64,000 nt of DNA from an uncultured Planctomycetia bacterium (GCA_964634935.1 CAZWJT010000001.1:288949-352948); one strand, 5' to 3'; positions 49,472 to 60,103 are shown, numbered from the stretch's first letter. Notes: generated by a model not told the origin, from the letters alone. A program made the numbers and translations.

Positions 49472-52400
49472 CTACAAATTTCCCAGTGCTTTATAGTATT
49501 CCTGAATCGGCTGCACGCTTAATTCGGATTTCTCCAAAGCTTCAATCCCCATCACAGTTGCCTGCGCCCCGGAAAGCGTGGTAACACAGGGAATATTCTG
49601 GATTGTTGCCTCTGAGCGAATCCGCACTTCATCAAGACGGGGGATTCTTCCTGAAGGAGTATTGATGATCAAATGCACCGACTTATCTTTAATATAATCA
49701 AGGATGTTCGGCTGGCCTTGAGATATTTTCTTCAATTCGCTTACTTTGATACGATTCTTCGCAAGCACCTTAGCAGTTCCTTCGGTGGCAAGAATTTCAA
49801 AACCCATATCAATGAGCTTCTTTGCGATAAAAACGATACCCCGCTTATCCCGATCTTTCACGCTGATGAAAACACGACCGGACTTAGGAAGCATCTGGCT
49901 TGCAGCAATCTGGCTCTTTACATAAGCCTTACTAAAATCGAAATCCACCCCCATAACTTCCCCGGTTGATTTCATTTCTGGTCCGAGGATAATATCAACG
50001 CCCTTAAAGCGGTTAAACGGAAAAACTGACTCTTTGACGCTCGTATAGGAAGGAAGAATTTCTTTCACATACCCAAGCTCTTTTAAGCTCTTCCCGAGCA
50101 TGATCTTTGTAGCAATCTTTGCCAGCGGCTGTCCGATCGCTTTTGAGATAAACGGAACCGTCCGGGAGGCGCGAGGGTTAACTTCCAAAATAAAGAGCTC
50201 ATCGTTCTTCACGGCATATTGGATATTCATAAGACCAACGATTCGAAGTTCCTCAGCCAACGCGCAGGACGCTTTGCGAATCTGATTCAGCATATCATCC
50301 GAAAGGCTGAAGGTTGGCAAACACATCGCGCTATCGCCTGAATGAATTCCAGCTTCCTCGATGTGCTCTAAGATACCCCCGATCACGAACACAGCGCCAT
50401 CACCAAGCACATCCACATCCACTTCAACCGCGTCTTCCAAAAATTTATCAATCAGTATCGGCTGATTGTTTGAAACAAGGAGCGCTTCCTTAATATACTT
50501 TTCAAGGACGCTTTCATCATAGACAATTTCCATCGCCCTGCCACCTAGCACATAAGACGGCCGGACAAGCACCGGATACCCGATTTGACTGGCAATTTTC
50601 TTTGAATCATAAAAATTAGTCGCAGTCGCGTTTGGTGTCTGTTTCAAGTTTAACTTTTGCAGCAGCCGTTTAAACTTCTCCCTATCTTCAGCCCGGTCGA
50701 TTGAAGAAGCTTTTGTTCCTAAGATATGCACTCCCGCTTTTTCAAGACCTAAAGCGAGATTTAGGGGAGTTTGCCCTCCAAACTGCAAGATCACCCCGTA
50801 CGGTTTTTCTTTCTTGACGATATGCAGCACATCTTCAATAGTAATCGGTTCAAAATAAAGCTTATCGGAAATATCATAATCAGTTGATACGGTTTCGGGA
50901 TTACAGTTGACCATAATCACTTCAACTTGTTCTTCCCGAAGGGCAAAAGCAGCATGAACACAACAATAATCAAACTCTATTCCCTGGCCAATCCGATTGG
51001 GACCGCCGCCCAAAATCATAACTTTCTTCCGGGAAGACACCCTGCTCTCGTCTTCTTTCTCGTATGTTGAATAATAATACGGAGTATGGGCTTGAAATTC
51101 CGCTGCGCAGGTATCAACAAGTTTATAAGTTGCCTCCAGGCTGTATTTTTCACGCAAGGCAGTTATCTTATCTTCGCTGGTATGCAAAATATCCCCTAAA
51201 TACTTGTCGGAAAATCCCATTTCTTTTGCCTGGCAGAGCGTTTTCAAATCAAGCCCCCGGTTATTTTTCACCATTGTCTCAAAATCAACAAGCTCTTTAA
51301 TGTTTGATAAAAACCAGCGGTCAATTTTGGTGTATGAATATACTTCATCGATCGACATGCCCAGGCGAAACGCATCAGCCACATAAAATATCCTCCACGC
51401 ATTCGGTTTCATGATATTATTAATCACTTCTTCCTTTACCTCGGATGTCGCGTAGCTGTACCGCTTGTCGAATACAACTGATTCAAGGCCGGCTTTATTG
51501 ACCTCCAAACCGCGGATTCCTTTTTGAAGAGCTTCCTTAAATGTTCTCCCGATCGCCATTACTTCCCCGACTGACTTCATCGATGTTGTAAGTGTTGTAT
51601 CCGCACCGGGAAACTTCTCAAAAGCCCACCGGGGAATTTTCACGACGCAATAATCAATCGTCGGCTCGAATGAAGCCGGCGTCTCTTTGGTAATATCGTT
51701 TGGAATTTCATCAAGCGTGTAACCGACAGCGAGTTTTGCCGCAATCTTAGCGATAGGAAAACCTGTTGCCTTAGAAGCAAGCGCCGAAGAACGGGAAACA
51801 CGGGGATTCATTTCGATAATCACGATGCGGCCGTCATCGGGATTAACCGCGAATTGTACGTTCGAACCTCCGGTCTCTACTCCGATAGCGCGGATTGCCC
51901 GAATCGCAAGCTCACGCATCTTCTGGTATTCCTGATCAGTCAAGGTCTGCACGGGGGCAACCGTGATAGAGTCTCCGGTATGGACACCCATTGGATCAAG
52001 GTTCTCTATGGAACAAACGATCAGCGCATTATCATTCTTATCGCGCATGACTTCAAGCTCAAACTCTTTCCACCCAAGGAGCGACTCCTCAATAAGTATC
52101 TCGTGAATAATACTTTGCGAGATTCCCCAAACAACAATATCCTCAAATTCCTGCCGGTTGAAAGCAACTCCTCCGCCGGTGCCACCGAGAGTAAACGCTG
52201 GCCTCACCACGCACGGAAGCCCAATTTCATCGAGGTAGTTACGGGCCTCCTCAAGAGAGTACACTGTTTTTGAGCGTGGAAGCGCGATATTCGCCTTTTC
52301 CATCGCCTTCTTGAAAAGTTCTCTATCTTCAGCTTTGGCAATTGCCTGCTCATTCGCGCCAATCAATTCCACATGATACTTCTGAAAAATTCCTTGCCCA

Positions 52401-52708
52401 GCTGCTGCAAATGCGATATTTAATGCCGTCTGCCCCCCCAGAGTCGGTAACACCGCGTCCGGTTTTTCAACCGCAATAATCTTTTCCAGGGATTCCACGG
52501 TAATCGGCTCAATGTAAGTACGATCAGCGATTTCCGGATCAGTCATAATCGTTGCTGGATTAGAATTCAAAAGTATGATCTTATATCCTTCGTCACGCAA
52601 GGCTCGGCAGGCCTGAGTTCCTGAATAATCAAATTCGCAGGCCTGTGAGATAATAATCGGCCCGGAACCAATGATCAAAATACTCTTGATGTCTGTCCTC
52701 TTAGGCAT
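49472..52708 (-). CDS. carB: Carbamoyl-phosphate synthase large subunit.
   Basis: 1078 aa. Duplicated ATP-grasp halves ([21 protein letters not shown] / [20 protein letters not shown]) and a C-terminal MGS-like domain. Confidence 0.9.
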   Translation of the reverse strand: MPKRTDIKSILIIGSGPIIISQACEFDYSGTQACRALRDEGYKIILLNSNPATIMTDPEIADRTYIEPITVESLEKIIAVEKPDAVLPTLGGQTALNIAFAAAGQGIFQKYHVELIGANEQAIAKAEDRELFKKAMEKANIALPRSKTVYSLEEARNYLDEIGLPCVVRPAFTLGGTGGGVAFNRQEFEDIVVWGISQSIIHEILIEESLLGWKEFELEVMRDKNDNALIVCSIENLDPMGVHTGDSITVAPVQTLTDQEYQKMRELAIRAIRAIGVETGGSNVQFAVNPDDGRIVIIEMNPRVSRSSALASKATGFPIAKIAAKLAVGYTLDEIPNDITKETPASFEPTIDYCVVKIPRWAFEKFPGADTTLTTSMKSVGEVMAIGRTFKEALQKGIRGLEVNKAGLESVVFDKRYSYATSEVKEEVINNIMKPNAWRIFYVADAFRLGMSIDEVYSYTKIDRWFLSNIKELVDFETMVKNNRGLDLKTLCQAKEMGFSDKYLGDILHTSEDKITALREKYSLEATYKLVDTCAAEFQAHTPYYYSTYEKEDESRVSSRKKVMILGGGPNRIGQGIEFDYCCVHAAFALREEQVEVIMVNCNPETVSTDYDISDKLYFEPITIEDVLHIVKKEKPYGVILQFGGQTPLNLALGLEKAGVHILGTKASSIDRAEDREKFKRLLQKLNLKQTPNATATNFYDSKKIASQIGYPVLVRPSYVLGGRAMEIVYDESVLEKYIKEALLVSNNQPILIDKFLEDAVEVDVDVLGDGAVFVIGGILEHIEEAGIHSGDSAMCLPTFSLSDDMLNQIRKASCALAEELRIVGLMNIQYAVKNDELFILEVNPRASRTVPFISKAIGQPLAKIATKIMLGKSLKELGYVKEILPSYTSVKESVFPFNRFKGVDIILGPEMKSTGEVMGVDFDFSKAYVKSQIAASQMLPKSGRVFISVKDRDKRGIVFIAKKLIDMGFEILATEGTAKVLAKNRIKVSELKKISQGQPNILDYIKDKSVHLIINTPSGRIPRLDEVRIRSEATIQNIPCVTTLSGAQATVMGIEALEKSELSVQPIQEYYKALGNL

Positions 52709-53840
52709 GATCGTACACCTTCTTGTCGTTTATGATGGTTTGTAATTGAGCAAAAATATGCCCGGCATCAAACGGTCCGGGGCCGGCTTCGGGATGAAAC
52801 TGCACGCTGAATACCGGCAATCGCTTATGCCGCATACCTTCGGGGGTATGGTCATACAAATTGACATGAGTCATTTCTAGTTCTTCCGGAAGACTCGCCA
52901 TATCGACACAAAAATTGTGATTTTGGGCTGTAATATCTATCTTCCCGCTCCTGAGATCTTTAACCGGATGGTTTCCTCCGTGATGGCCAAATTTGAGCTT
53001 ATAGGTTTTTCCTCCAAAGGCCAGACCTAAAATCTGATGACCAAGACAGATGCCAAAAAGCACCACATTCAATTCTTTCGCCTGAAGTTTCTGGATAAAC
53101 TCCCGGGCAAGCCGGATCGCATTTTCCACTGCTGAAGGATCCCCCGGTCCATTGGAAAAAATAATTGCGCGGGGGTTAAAACGCATAATCTCGTTCAGGG
53201 AACTTGCCGGCGGAACAACCCAGACAGTTTTAAAAAAACGTTTCAGATGATGTAAAATACTGTGTTTTACCCCGCAATCAACAACAACCGCGGTGTGATT
53301 ACCTGCCGATTCAGACGGAAACCGCGATGATTGCCATTGGTACGCTTTTTGAACGGTAACTTCCTGGACAAGATCACGGCCAAGAATGGAAGGAAACTGC
53401 TTCAATTTTGCAAGCAGTGAATCCTGATGAAAATCACCAGTTGAAATAATCCCTTTCATCGATCCTGTCGTGCGCAACCGGATAGTCAACGCACGGGTGT
53501 CAATACCCTGAATAGCCGGTATATTGTTCTCCCCAAGATATTCCCGAAGCGATTTCACTCCACGCCAATTGGAAAAGATACGGCTTTCTTCTTTTACAAT
53601 GAATCCATCGGCGAAAATTTTCCGGGATTCTATATCATCCGGATTAACCCCATAGTTCCCGATGAGAGGATACGTCATACACACAATCTGGCCTCTATAA
53701 GAGGGATCGGTCAGAATTTCCTGGTATCCGGTCATGGATGTGTTGAAAACAACTTCACCTATAGATTCAACGTCCGCCCCGAAGGAGAAACCTTCTTGGA
53801 AAAACCCGTCTTCAAGGAGTAAGACTGCTTTTTTCTGCAT
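52701..53840 (-). CDS. carA: Carbamoyl-phosphate synthase small subunit. The start is set at [12 protein letters not shown].
   Basis: GATase triad region (GICLGHQ, HH). 8-nt overlap with carB. The longer ORF-track N-terminus would run into the tRNA-Arg. Confidence 0.85.
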   Translation of the reverse strand: MQKKAVLLLEDGFFQEGFSFGADVESIGEVVFNTSMTGYQEILTDPSYRGQIVCMTYPLIGNYGVNPDDIESRKIFADGFIVKEESRIFSNWRGVKSLREYLGENNIPAIQGIDTRALTIRLRTTGSMKGIISTGDFHQDSLLAKLKQFPSILGRDLVQEVTVQKAYQWQSSRFPSESAGNHTAVVVDCGVKHSILHHLKRFFKTVWVVPPASSLNEIMRFNPRAIIFSNGPGDPSAVENAIRLAREFIQKLQAKELNVVLFGICLGHQILGLAFGGKTYKLKFGHHGGNHPVKDLRSGKIDITAQNHNFCVDMASLPEELEMTHVNLYDHTPEGMRHKRLPVFSVQFHPEAGPGPFDAGHIFAQLQTIINDKKVYDHA

Positions 53841-53858
53841 AGCGTTATTTCCTTTTGT

Positions 53859-53933
53859 TGGCGCCCCCTGGAAGAATCGAACTTCCATCACAGGCTTCGG
53901 AGACCTGTGCTTTATCCATTAAGCTAAGGGGGC
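53859..53933 (-). tRNA. tRNA-Arg (anticodon CCG), with CCA encoded.
   Basis: Reverse complement GCCCCCTTAGCTTAATGGATAAAGCACAGGT-CTCCGAA-GCCTG TGAT GGAAGTTCGATTCTTCC AGGGGGC G CCA folds as a cloverleaf. Anticodon CCG with U33 and A37. Confidence 0.8.
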
Positions 53934-53965
53934 AATGTTTATTATTCCTGTATATGGCGATAAAT

Positions 53966-54451
53966 CTAGAGGCAAAGAATCCCCTGTAAGGTTTCGTCAA
54001 GATATTTTTGATCCCGGACTTTATCCCCGCGTACCCCACATATAGTAAGAATATTTGCCGATTGCGCGTAGAGTATTTGTTCGAGTTCACGCTGGGCCTT
54101 CTGAATGCCTCCTCCTCCATGCGTAAGAACGCAAGATATTTTTTTGTGAGCAAGCCCCTCTGCCCGGGTTAAAAAACTCCGTAAAGCCGGGGTAATCGTA
54201 AATGCCCAGACCGGAGAAGAAAAAACCACATAATCGAAACCAACGAGATTACAAAAAGATTCATCTTGCAGAGAAAGAATCTTCTTCCGTGCAGCCTGCA
54301 GACACTGGGTAAAAAAATTTCTTGTTTCCGGTTTCGGATGCAAGCGATACAGAATAACCTCATGTCCAAGTTTTGTAAGCGCCTCTTTGATGTGTTCGTT
54401 TACTTTCTGCGTGTTCCCCGAGAAAGAGTAAAACACTAAAGCGATCTTCAT
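53966..54451 (-). CDS. Flavodoxin-like protein.
   Basis: MKIALVFYSFSGNTQKV FMN-binding N-terminus. 161 aa. Confidence 0.6.
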   Translation of the reverse strand: MKIALVFYSFSGNTQKVNEHIKEALTKLGHEVILYRLHPKPETRNFFTQCLQAARKKILSLQDESFCNLVGFDYVVFSSPVWAFTITPALRSFLTRAEGLAHKKISCVLTHGGGGIQKAQRELEQILYAQSANILTICGVRGDKVRDQKYLDETLQGILCL

Positions 54452-54465
54452 TGTCCTCCCCTATC

Positions 54466-55698
54466 TTAAAAAAGACTGAATTGCTTTTCTTTCTCCGGCT
54501 CTTTCCCAAATACCTCAATAGACCCATATTCACCATCATAACCAGCCAGCGCGCGTATCTTTTTCTGGCGCACCCGAAGAATTCCCTCGGCTATCTTCAA
54601 AGAAGTCTTTTGCTTCAACTCTTCCTCGGTCGCTTCGATCAAAAGCTGGAATTCGGAGTTTTTTGCAGATACGATATGCCTGTACTCCCCTAAAACTGCT
54701 TTTGAGCTCTTGGCTAATCCTTTGGCCTCAGCGATAATCTCATCGAGCGGAACTGCGTTGCGATAAGGGATGGAATTTTCCGGGATAAACCCCTCTGCCC
54801 TGTCCGCAAGTTCATCCACTCTGCTCAGAACCCCCACCGTGATTTTCTTACCGCATTTGGGACACAGGCCTTTATTTTTCTTCGTTTCCTCCGGATGCAA
54901 CCGCGTATGACAAAGCCTGTGTCCATCGTAGTGATATTTGCCTTCTTCAGGAAAAAATTCAATGGTATAAAGAAACTTCTTCCTGTCTTTTTGCTCAAGC
55001 ACCTTCTTGATTTCCCAATAGTTCAATTCGCAATCAAAAACATTTGCTTCCCGGCCTATCCGAGCAGGCGAATGCGAATCTGAATTCGAGATCAAACTGA
55101 ACCTATCTAATTGCGAAAGTCTCCAGTTCATAAGAGGATCCGAAGACAATCCTGTTTCAAGTGCGGTAAGATGCTCGGTGGCATCTCCGAAAGCATCTTC
55201 GAGAGCATTAAATCCGGAATTTGAACCAAACACTGAGAACCAGGGAGTCCAAATATGCGCTGGAATAATCATGATATCCCGGGAAATTCTCAGCATCTCT
55301 TCGGCAAGGACGCGACAACTGATTCCGAGTATCGGCCTGCCATCGGAAGCAATATTCCCGTAGCTTGAAAGCTTCTGGTTGATTGCATCAACGATTTCGA
55401 AAGACGGCGCGAGCAACACCGTGTGCACTCTGTAGCTTTTGCCATCTTGGGAGAAAATCGTTGAAATCTCCGCAGAAAGGATAAAAGAAACACCCTCGTG
55501 TTCGTATAAGCCCGTATTGGAAACAGCCGTGAGATTCCGCTTCAAATCTTGTAACCACAGGTAATGAGTAAAATCTCCCGTGCCCATAAGCCGGATCCCC
55601 TTAAGGCGTGCCCACTCAGCCAAATGAGGAATATCCATATCGCGGGAAGTAGCCCGCGAATATTTTGAATGAATATGAAAATCCGCGACAAACTTCAT
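54466..55698 (-). CDS. PHP-domain nuclease of the EndoQ-like family (TIGR00375-type), with a C-terminal zinc finger.
   Basis: FHIHSKYSRATS...GTGDFTH PHP metal motifs, as in archaeal Endonuclease Q. CPKCGKK zinc ribbon near the C-terminus. Confidence 0.55.
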   Translation of the reverse strand: MKFVADFHIHSKYSRATSRDMDIPHLAEWARLKGIRLMGTGDFTHYLWLQDLKRNLTAVSNTGLYEHEGVSFILSAEISTIFSQDGKSYRVHTVLLAPSFEIVDAINQKLSSYGNIASDGRPILGISCRVLAEEMLRISRDIMIIPAHIWTPWFSVFGSNSGFNALEDAFGDATEHLTALETGLSSDPLMNWRLSQLDRFSLISNSDSHSPARIGREANVFDCELNYWEIKKVLEQKDRKKFLYTIEFFPEEGKYHYDGHRLCHTRLHPEETKKNKGLCPKCGKKITVGVLSRVDELADRAEGFIPENSIPYRNAVPLDEIIAEAKGLAKSSKAVLGEYRHIVSAKNSEFQLLIEATEEELKQKTSLKIAEGILRVRQKKIRALAGYDGEYGSIEVFGKEPEKEKQFSLF

Positions 55699-56975
55699 AG
55701 TTTTTGCGGAAAATCGAGTACAACGCCTTTATGAATCGTGTGTACAACACACCCCTGCATCGTTTCCCCCAAAAAGGGGGTATTTTTAGATTTGGAGACA
55801 ATGCTCTCCAGAGACACTGGCCATTTTTTTTCAAGATCAACAATACAGAGATCGGCGACATATCCCTCTTGAATATCGCCTTTCTTTTCAAGGCCGAGAA
55901 TTTGGGCAGGTTTGAGCGAGAGCAATCTCGCGATATCTTCAAGCGCTAAAGCATTTTCCCGAACAAGCCGCAAAGTAAGCGGTAAAGCAAATTCAAGTCC
56001 GATAAAACCAAACGCGGCTTCGTATAAATCCACCTCTTTTTCTAAATAAGTATGCGGCGCGTGATCCGTAGTGATGCAATCAATTGTTCCATCTTTCAGC
56101 GCGACACGCAATGCCTCCATATCTTCTTTAGTGCCGAGGGGAGGATTGACTTTATAACGGGAAGAAAAACTCGATTGGAAGACATCGAGGTTCAGCGAGA
56201 AGTAATGAGGACAAGTTTCGCAGGTAACAAGAATTCCTTCTTTTTTCGCCTGACGGATAATCTCAAGCGAGCGTTTACTGCTTACATGAGCGATATGAAT
56301 TCTAGAATGAAGGTATCGGGCAATTTCGATATCACGAAGCACAAAGACTGTTTCTGCGATTTCAGGATACGCCGGAATCCCTTTCTGGGCGGTGAGGTAT
56401 GATTCTCTGACGATACCATCTTGGGCAAGTTCCCGATCCTCACAATGGGAAATAAGCAAGAGGTTAAACAACTTGGCGTATTCGAAAGCCCGCCGCAAGA
56501 TATAGGAATTCTTCACGCTTGCGCCGTCGTCGCTTACTGCGATACACCCTGCTTGCTTCAAACCTCCAAATTCGGAGAGAATTTCTCCTTTCCGTTCTTT
56601 CGTGATCGAACCAACCGGAATAACATCAACAATGCCCAGCCGTTCTGATTCGTCTTTAATCCATTTGGCAATCTCGTATTCATCAATTGCCGGCTGAGTG
56701 TTCGGCATGCACATAATCGTGGTGAAACCACCCTTGGCCGCGGCGTAAGAACCGCTCTCGATTGTTTCTTCGTCTTCCCGGCCGGGAATCCGCAGGTGAG
56801 TATGCATATCGATAAAACCCGCGAAGAGATATTTTCCATCTGCCTCTAATACCTTATCCGCGTTTCGTTCAAGCGATGGAGCGATCTGAACGATAACCCC
56901 CTGTTCAATAAAAACATCCGCCTTGGTAATAGAATCGGCCCGGACTAAGTGTGCGTTTTTGATCAATAAACTCAT
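55695..56975 (-). CDS. pyrC: Dihydroorotase.
   Basis: DMHTHLRIPG metal-binding motif, carboxylated-Lys region, DHAPH. Confidence 0.8.
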   Translation of the reverse strand: MSLLIKNAHLVRADSITKADVFIEQGVIVQIAPSLERNADKVLEADGKYLFAGFIDMHTHLRIPGREDEETIESGSYAAAKGGFTTIMCMPNTQPAIDEYEIAKWIKDESERLGIVDVIPVGSITKERKGEILSEFGGLKQAGCIAVSDDGASVKNSYILRRAFEYAKLFNLLLISHCEDRELAQDGIVRESYLTAQKGIPAYPEIAETVFVLRDIEIARYLHSRIHIAHVSSKRSLEIIRQAKKEGILVTCETCPHYFSLNLDVFQSSFSSRYKVNPPLGTKEDMEALRVALKDGTIDCITTDHAPHTYLEKEVDLYEAAFGFIGLEFALPLTLRLVRENALALEDIARLLSLKPAQILGLEKKGDIQEGYVADLCIVDLEKKWPVSLESIVSKSKNTPFLGETMQGCVVHTIHKGVVLDFPQKL

Positions 56976-56979
56976 AGCA

Positions 56980-57945
56980 TCACAATTGCTTTGGTTGGGT
57001 GACAGCGAAATGTTGCTTCTCTTTCACCAGATAAATAACAGCCATCCGTACCGCAAGGCCGTTGGTAACCTGCTCAAGGATCAGAGGAAATACCCGCTCT
57101 TTCAGGGCAGAAGCAATATCAATATCCCAGTTCACTGGACCAGGATGCATTACCAATGTTTTCTCTTTCAGAAGCTTCGCCTTTTCTTGCGAGAGCGAGA
57201 AAAATTCCCGATACTCGCGAACCGAAGGAAAAAAATGGCTTTTGAAACGCTCATTTTGGATTCTGAGCATAATCACAACGTCTGCCCCTTTCAGCGCTTC
57301 TTCCATATGATAGGTTACCTTGACCGGTAGTGTCTCGAAATATTTCGGGATGAGTGTTGGAGGAGCAGAAACCCAAACCTCCGAACCGCACTTGGAAAAT
57401 CCCCAAATGTTTGAACGGGCGACCCGCGAATGATAGATATCCCCGACAATCGCGACTTTAAGCCCGCTCAATGTCCCCAAACGCTCTTGCACCGTAAACA
57501 TATCCAGCAAAGCCTGGGTAGGATGTTCGTTTTCGCCGTCTCCAGCATTAATCACCGAAGCATTCGTATGTTCTGACAGATACACCGCAGAGCCAGAATT
57601 CGTATGACGCACAACGAAAACATCAACCGAGTATGCCTCAAGGTTTTTTAGGGTGTCCAGAATTGTCTCTCCCTTACTGAGACTGCTGATTGCCGGAGAA
57701 AAATTAAGAACATCGGCACTTAACCGTTTTGCCGCGAGTTCAAATGAGGTACGAGTCCGTGTTGAAGGTTCAAAAAAAAGATTAACGACTGTCTTGCCGC
57801 GGAGAGCAGGAACTTTCTTAATCCGGCGCTCGGAAACTTCTTTGAATGTTTTTGAAGTCTGGAGAATAGTTTCTATTTCTTCCCGGGTTAAATCGGATAA
57901 CCCGAACAAGTGGTTGCGTGTCCATCGCATCTTTTTCCCTGGCAT
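56980..57945 (-). CDS. pyrB: Aspartate carbamoyltransferase catalytic subunit.
   Basis: STRTR carbamoyl-phosphate motif and HPGP(VNWD) motif. Confidence 0.85.
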   Translation of the reverse strand: MPGKKMRWTRNHLFGLSDLTREEIETILQTSKTFKEVSERRIKKVPALRGKTVVNLFFEPSTRTRTSFELAAKRLSADVLNFSPAISSLSKGETILDTLKNLEAYSVDVFVVRHTNSGSAVYLSEHTNASVINAGDGENEHPTQALLDMFTVQERLGTLSGLKVAIVGDIYHSRVARSNIWGFSKCGSEVWVSAPPTLIPKYFETLPVKVTYHMEEALKGADVVIMLRIQNERFKSHFFPSVREYREFFSLSQEKAKLLKEKTLVMHPGPVNWDIDIASALKERVFPLILEQVTNGLAVRMAVIYLVKEKQHFAVTQPKQL

Positions 57946-57956
57946 ATAAACTCCGT

Positions 57957-58502
57957 CTACAACTCTTCTAAAAGCACGACTTCATCTTTCCCATCAAGCT
58001 CAAAAACGCGGGCCTCAACATGCTCTTTCTCGGATGTCGGGATATTTTTACCGACAAAATCCGCACGGATAGGTAGTTCCCTGTGCCCTCGGTCTACGAG
58101 AACGGCAAGCTGTATTTTTTTAGGCCTCCCAAAATCCATGATCTCATCAAGCGCGCAGCGGACAGTCCTTCCGGTAAAAAGCACGTCGTCTACGATTACG
58201 ATCGTTTTATTGGTAATATCAAAATCGATTGCTGTTTCTCCCGCCACCGGGAAAGAATCCACCAGGGTTAAATCATCCCGATAGAACGTAATGTCTAGAA
58301 CTCCCAAGGGAATATCCCCCTTGCCATTTTCATCGATAATATTTTTAATCCGTTGGGCAAGGAATACCCCGCGGCGCTGAATTCCAACAAGCGCAAGATC
58401 AACTGAATCGTGGTTTTTCTCTAAAATCTCAAACGAAAGCCTTTTGAGAATTTTAGCAATCTCCTCGGAACCTAAAATGACCGATTTTTCCTTATAATTC
58501 AT
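57957..58502 (-). CDS. pyrR: Bifunctional pyrimidine operon regulator / uracil phosphoribosyltransferase PyrR. The start is set at MNYKEK.
   Basis: PRTase motif VIVDDVLFTGRT. A PyrR-type RNA attenuator lies immediately upstream. The ORF-track N-terminal extension would run through the terminator. Confidence 0.8.
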   Translation of the reverse strand: MNYKEKSVILGSEEIAKILKRLSFEILEKNHDSVDLALVGIQRRGVFLAQRIKNIIDENGKGDIPLGVLDITFYRDDLTLVDSFPVAGETAIDFDITNKTIVIVDDVLFTGRTVRCALDEIMDFGRPKKIQLAVLVDRGHRELPIRADFVGKNIPTSEKEHVEARVFELDGKDEVVLLEEL

Positions 58503-58521
58503 GGTTTTTTGCGGGCAAGAT

Positions 58522-58549
58522 AAAAAAAATCCCACCGGGTTACGGTGGG
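58522..58549 (-). terminator. Intrinsic terminator/attenuator hairpin in the pyrR leader. On the minus strand: CCCACCG-UAAC-CCGGUGGG followed by AUUUUUUUU.
   Basis: Plus-strand 58531-58549 is cccaccgggttacggtggg, preceded by an 8-A run at 58522-58529. Located 20 nt upstream of the pyrR ATG. Confidence 0.6.
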
Positions 58550-58593
58550 TACATAAGAAATTCTTGGTATTTTCTGTCTCATGCTTTTCCTTT

Positions 58594-58609
58594 CCAGCCT
58601 CTCAGGACC
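58594..58609 (-). promoter_or_regulatory. PyrR protein-binding loop in the pyr leader RNA: 5'-GGUCCUGAGAGGCUGG-3'.
   Basis: Matches the conserved UCCnGAGAGGCU core of PyrR binding loops as I recall it. Sits between the promoter and the terminator. Confidence 0.55.
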
Positions 58610-58627
58610 GGGTTAAAGGTTAGAGTA

Positions 58628-58655
58628 AGTATACTCGTCTTTTCTTTTCTGTCAA
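58628..58655 (-). promoter_or_regulatory. Sigma70 promoter of the pyr operon. On the minus strand: TTGACA, 16-nt spacer, TATACT.
   Basis: Read in the reverse complement of 58621-58660, about 20 nt upstream of the PyrR binding loop. Confidence 0.5.
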
Positions 58656-58792
58656 GAAAATTTATTGAGCTCTTCTTGCACTTGGGACACTGGAGAATAA
58701 ACACCGAACATTCATTGCGTACCGTATTTTCCAGCCAGTTGGAATGAAAGATAAAAATGTAACTTTCGATTCCTATGCCCGCATATGGTACG

Positions 58793-59968
58793 TTATTTTT
58801 TGCGGGCATAGAGAAGAAGCCCCGGAATACCGAAAAAAAGAACTCTGCCCAGAATATCCAAAGTTGGCTCAGGAACAAACCCCTGCGGAGCATTGGTGGT
58901 GATAGCTAAATATCCCTGCTGTTGGGCATAGGTGATATAGGCATAGTCGTTGAAAAGAGCAAGAGACGTATCACGCGGATCGCCACCTGAATCGGGCGAA
59001 ATACTACTGTAAATTGTTTCGAGTTCCCACCCGGTTCCGTTAAAATAAGCAAGTCGTAAATCAAAAGTCGTACCGCCGTCAGGGCTGCCGAGATAGCTGA
59101 TATACGCGTAACCGTGGGAATCAAGGGTAATGGAAGAACGAATGCCGGCAATATTTGTATCAAGAACTTGGATATCCCAGCCAGCGCCATTCCAGGCAGC
59201 ATACCGAAGTGCAGTATTGTCTGCATCAAAATAACTAAGACGCGCATATTGATTGCCGTTCAGCGCTATCGACACATCCTGTCCAACATTTCCCAGAGAA
59301 TCGATAACTTGAAAACTCCATCCTGTGCCATTAAATTGGGCGAATTTCAAATCTTCATTCGTTGGGTCATAATAACCGATCTGTGCGTACCCGTTTGCAT
59401 CCAGACTCAGGGAAGTTTGGGCAAAATCTCCGGCAGGATCTAGGGCTTGCACATTCCAGCTCGTCCCGTTAAAAGAAGCATACTTAAGCTGATCATTTGT
59501 GATATCCCAGTAGCTTACGTGCGCGTATCCATTTGCGTCTAAAGCAAGAGAAGTGCTTCCGCCTACGGCATCGGCTCCGCTATCAGCAGTTTGAAAACTC
59601 CATCCGGTACCATCAAACGAAGCATAACGCAGGTCCGCTGCTCGTGCGTAGCTGATACGGGCATACCCTTGCGCATTCAACTCAAGAGATAAAAATTGCC
59701 CCGCAGTTGCTCCTGAATCCAGGTTTTGAATTGACCAGCCCGTGCCATTAAAACGAGCGTAGTATAAGCGTTCCGTAGCGTCATCGAAGTAACCGACATG
59801 TACAAAACCGGAATTATCAATATCGATAGACATTTGCCGAGCATCTACTGAAGTATCAACAACCTGCTCAATCCAAGCGGCATGAGCATGGGTAAGTTTC
59901 AGGCTGGAGATTACAAACAGGAAAATCAAGAAAAAACAGTGGTGTGAACCATGGTTTTTTATGAGCAT
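58793..59968 (-). CDS. Paralog of the 30823 gene: a secreted FNGTGW-repeat (beta-propeller-like) protein with a PEP-CTERM-like sorting signal. The start is set at MLIKNH.
   Basis: Signal peptide ending THAHA-AW. The mature N-terminus AWIEQVVDTSVDARQMSIDIDNSGFVHVGY parallels the paralog. C-terminus GFVPEPTLDILGRVLFFGIPGLLLYARKK. Confidence 0.55.
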   Translation of the reverse strand: MLIKNHGSHHCFFLIFLFVISSLKLTHAHAAWIEQVVDTSVDARQMSIDIDNSGFVHVGYFDDATERLYYARFNGTGWSIQNLDSGATAGQFLSLELNAQGYARISYARAADLRYASFDGTGWSFQTADSGADAVGGSTSLALDANGYAHVSYWDITNDQLKYASFNGTSWNVQALDPAGDFAQTSLSLDANGYAQIGYYDPTNEDLKFAQFNGTGWSFQVIDSLGNVGQDVSIALNGNQYARLSYFDADNTALRYAAWNGAGWDIQVLDTNIAGIRSSITLDSHGYAYISYLGSPDGGTTFDLRLAYFNGTGWELETIYSSISPDSGGDPRDTSLALFNDYAYITYAQQQGYLAITTNAPQGFVPEPTLDILGRVLFFGIPGLLLYARKK

Positions 59969-60103
59969 GCAAAAAGTATAGCATAAAAAAACTCTCAGAA
60001 CAATGACCAGCACCAGAGCAGAAACGACTGGTAAAATTATTTGTATTTTGCACGGAAAATTATATAATATCTGAAAATTAACCAAGAGAATAAGGAGGAT
60101 GCC

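Noticed and set aside
53845-54153. 102-aa minus-strand ORF (MLTKKYLAFLRMEEEAF...).
   Set aside because: It overlaps the tRNA-Arg (53859-53933) and the flavodoxin gene in another frame, so it is an artefact of six-frame translation.
58579-58893. 104-aa minus-strand ORF in the pyrR leader region.
   Set aside because: It covers the PyrR promoter and binding-loop region and the 3' end of the PEP-CTERM gene. It has no RBS and is Phe/Leu-rich low-complexity, so it is likely non-coding.
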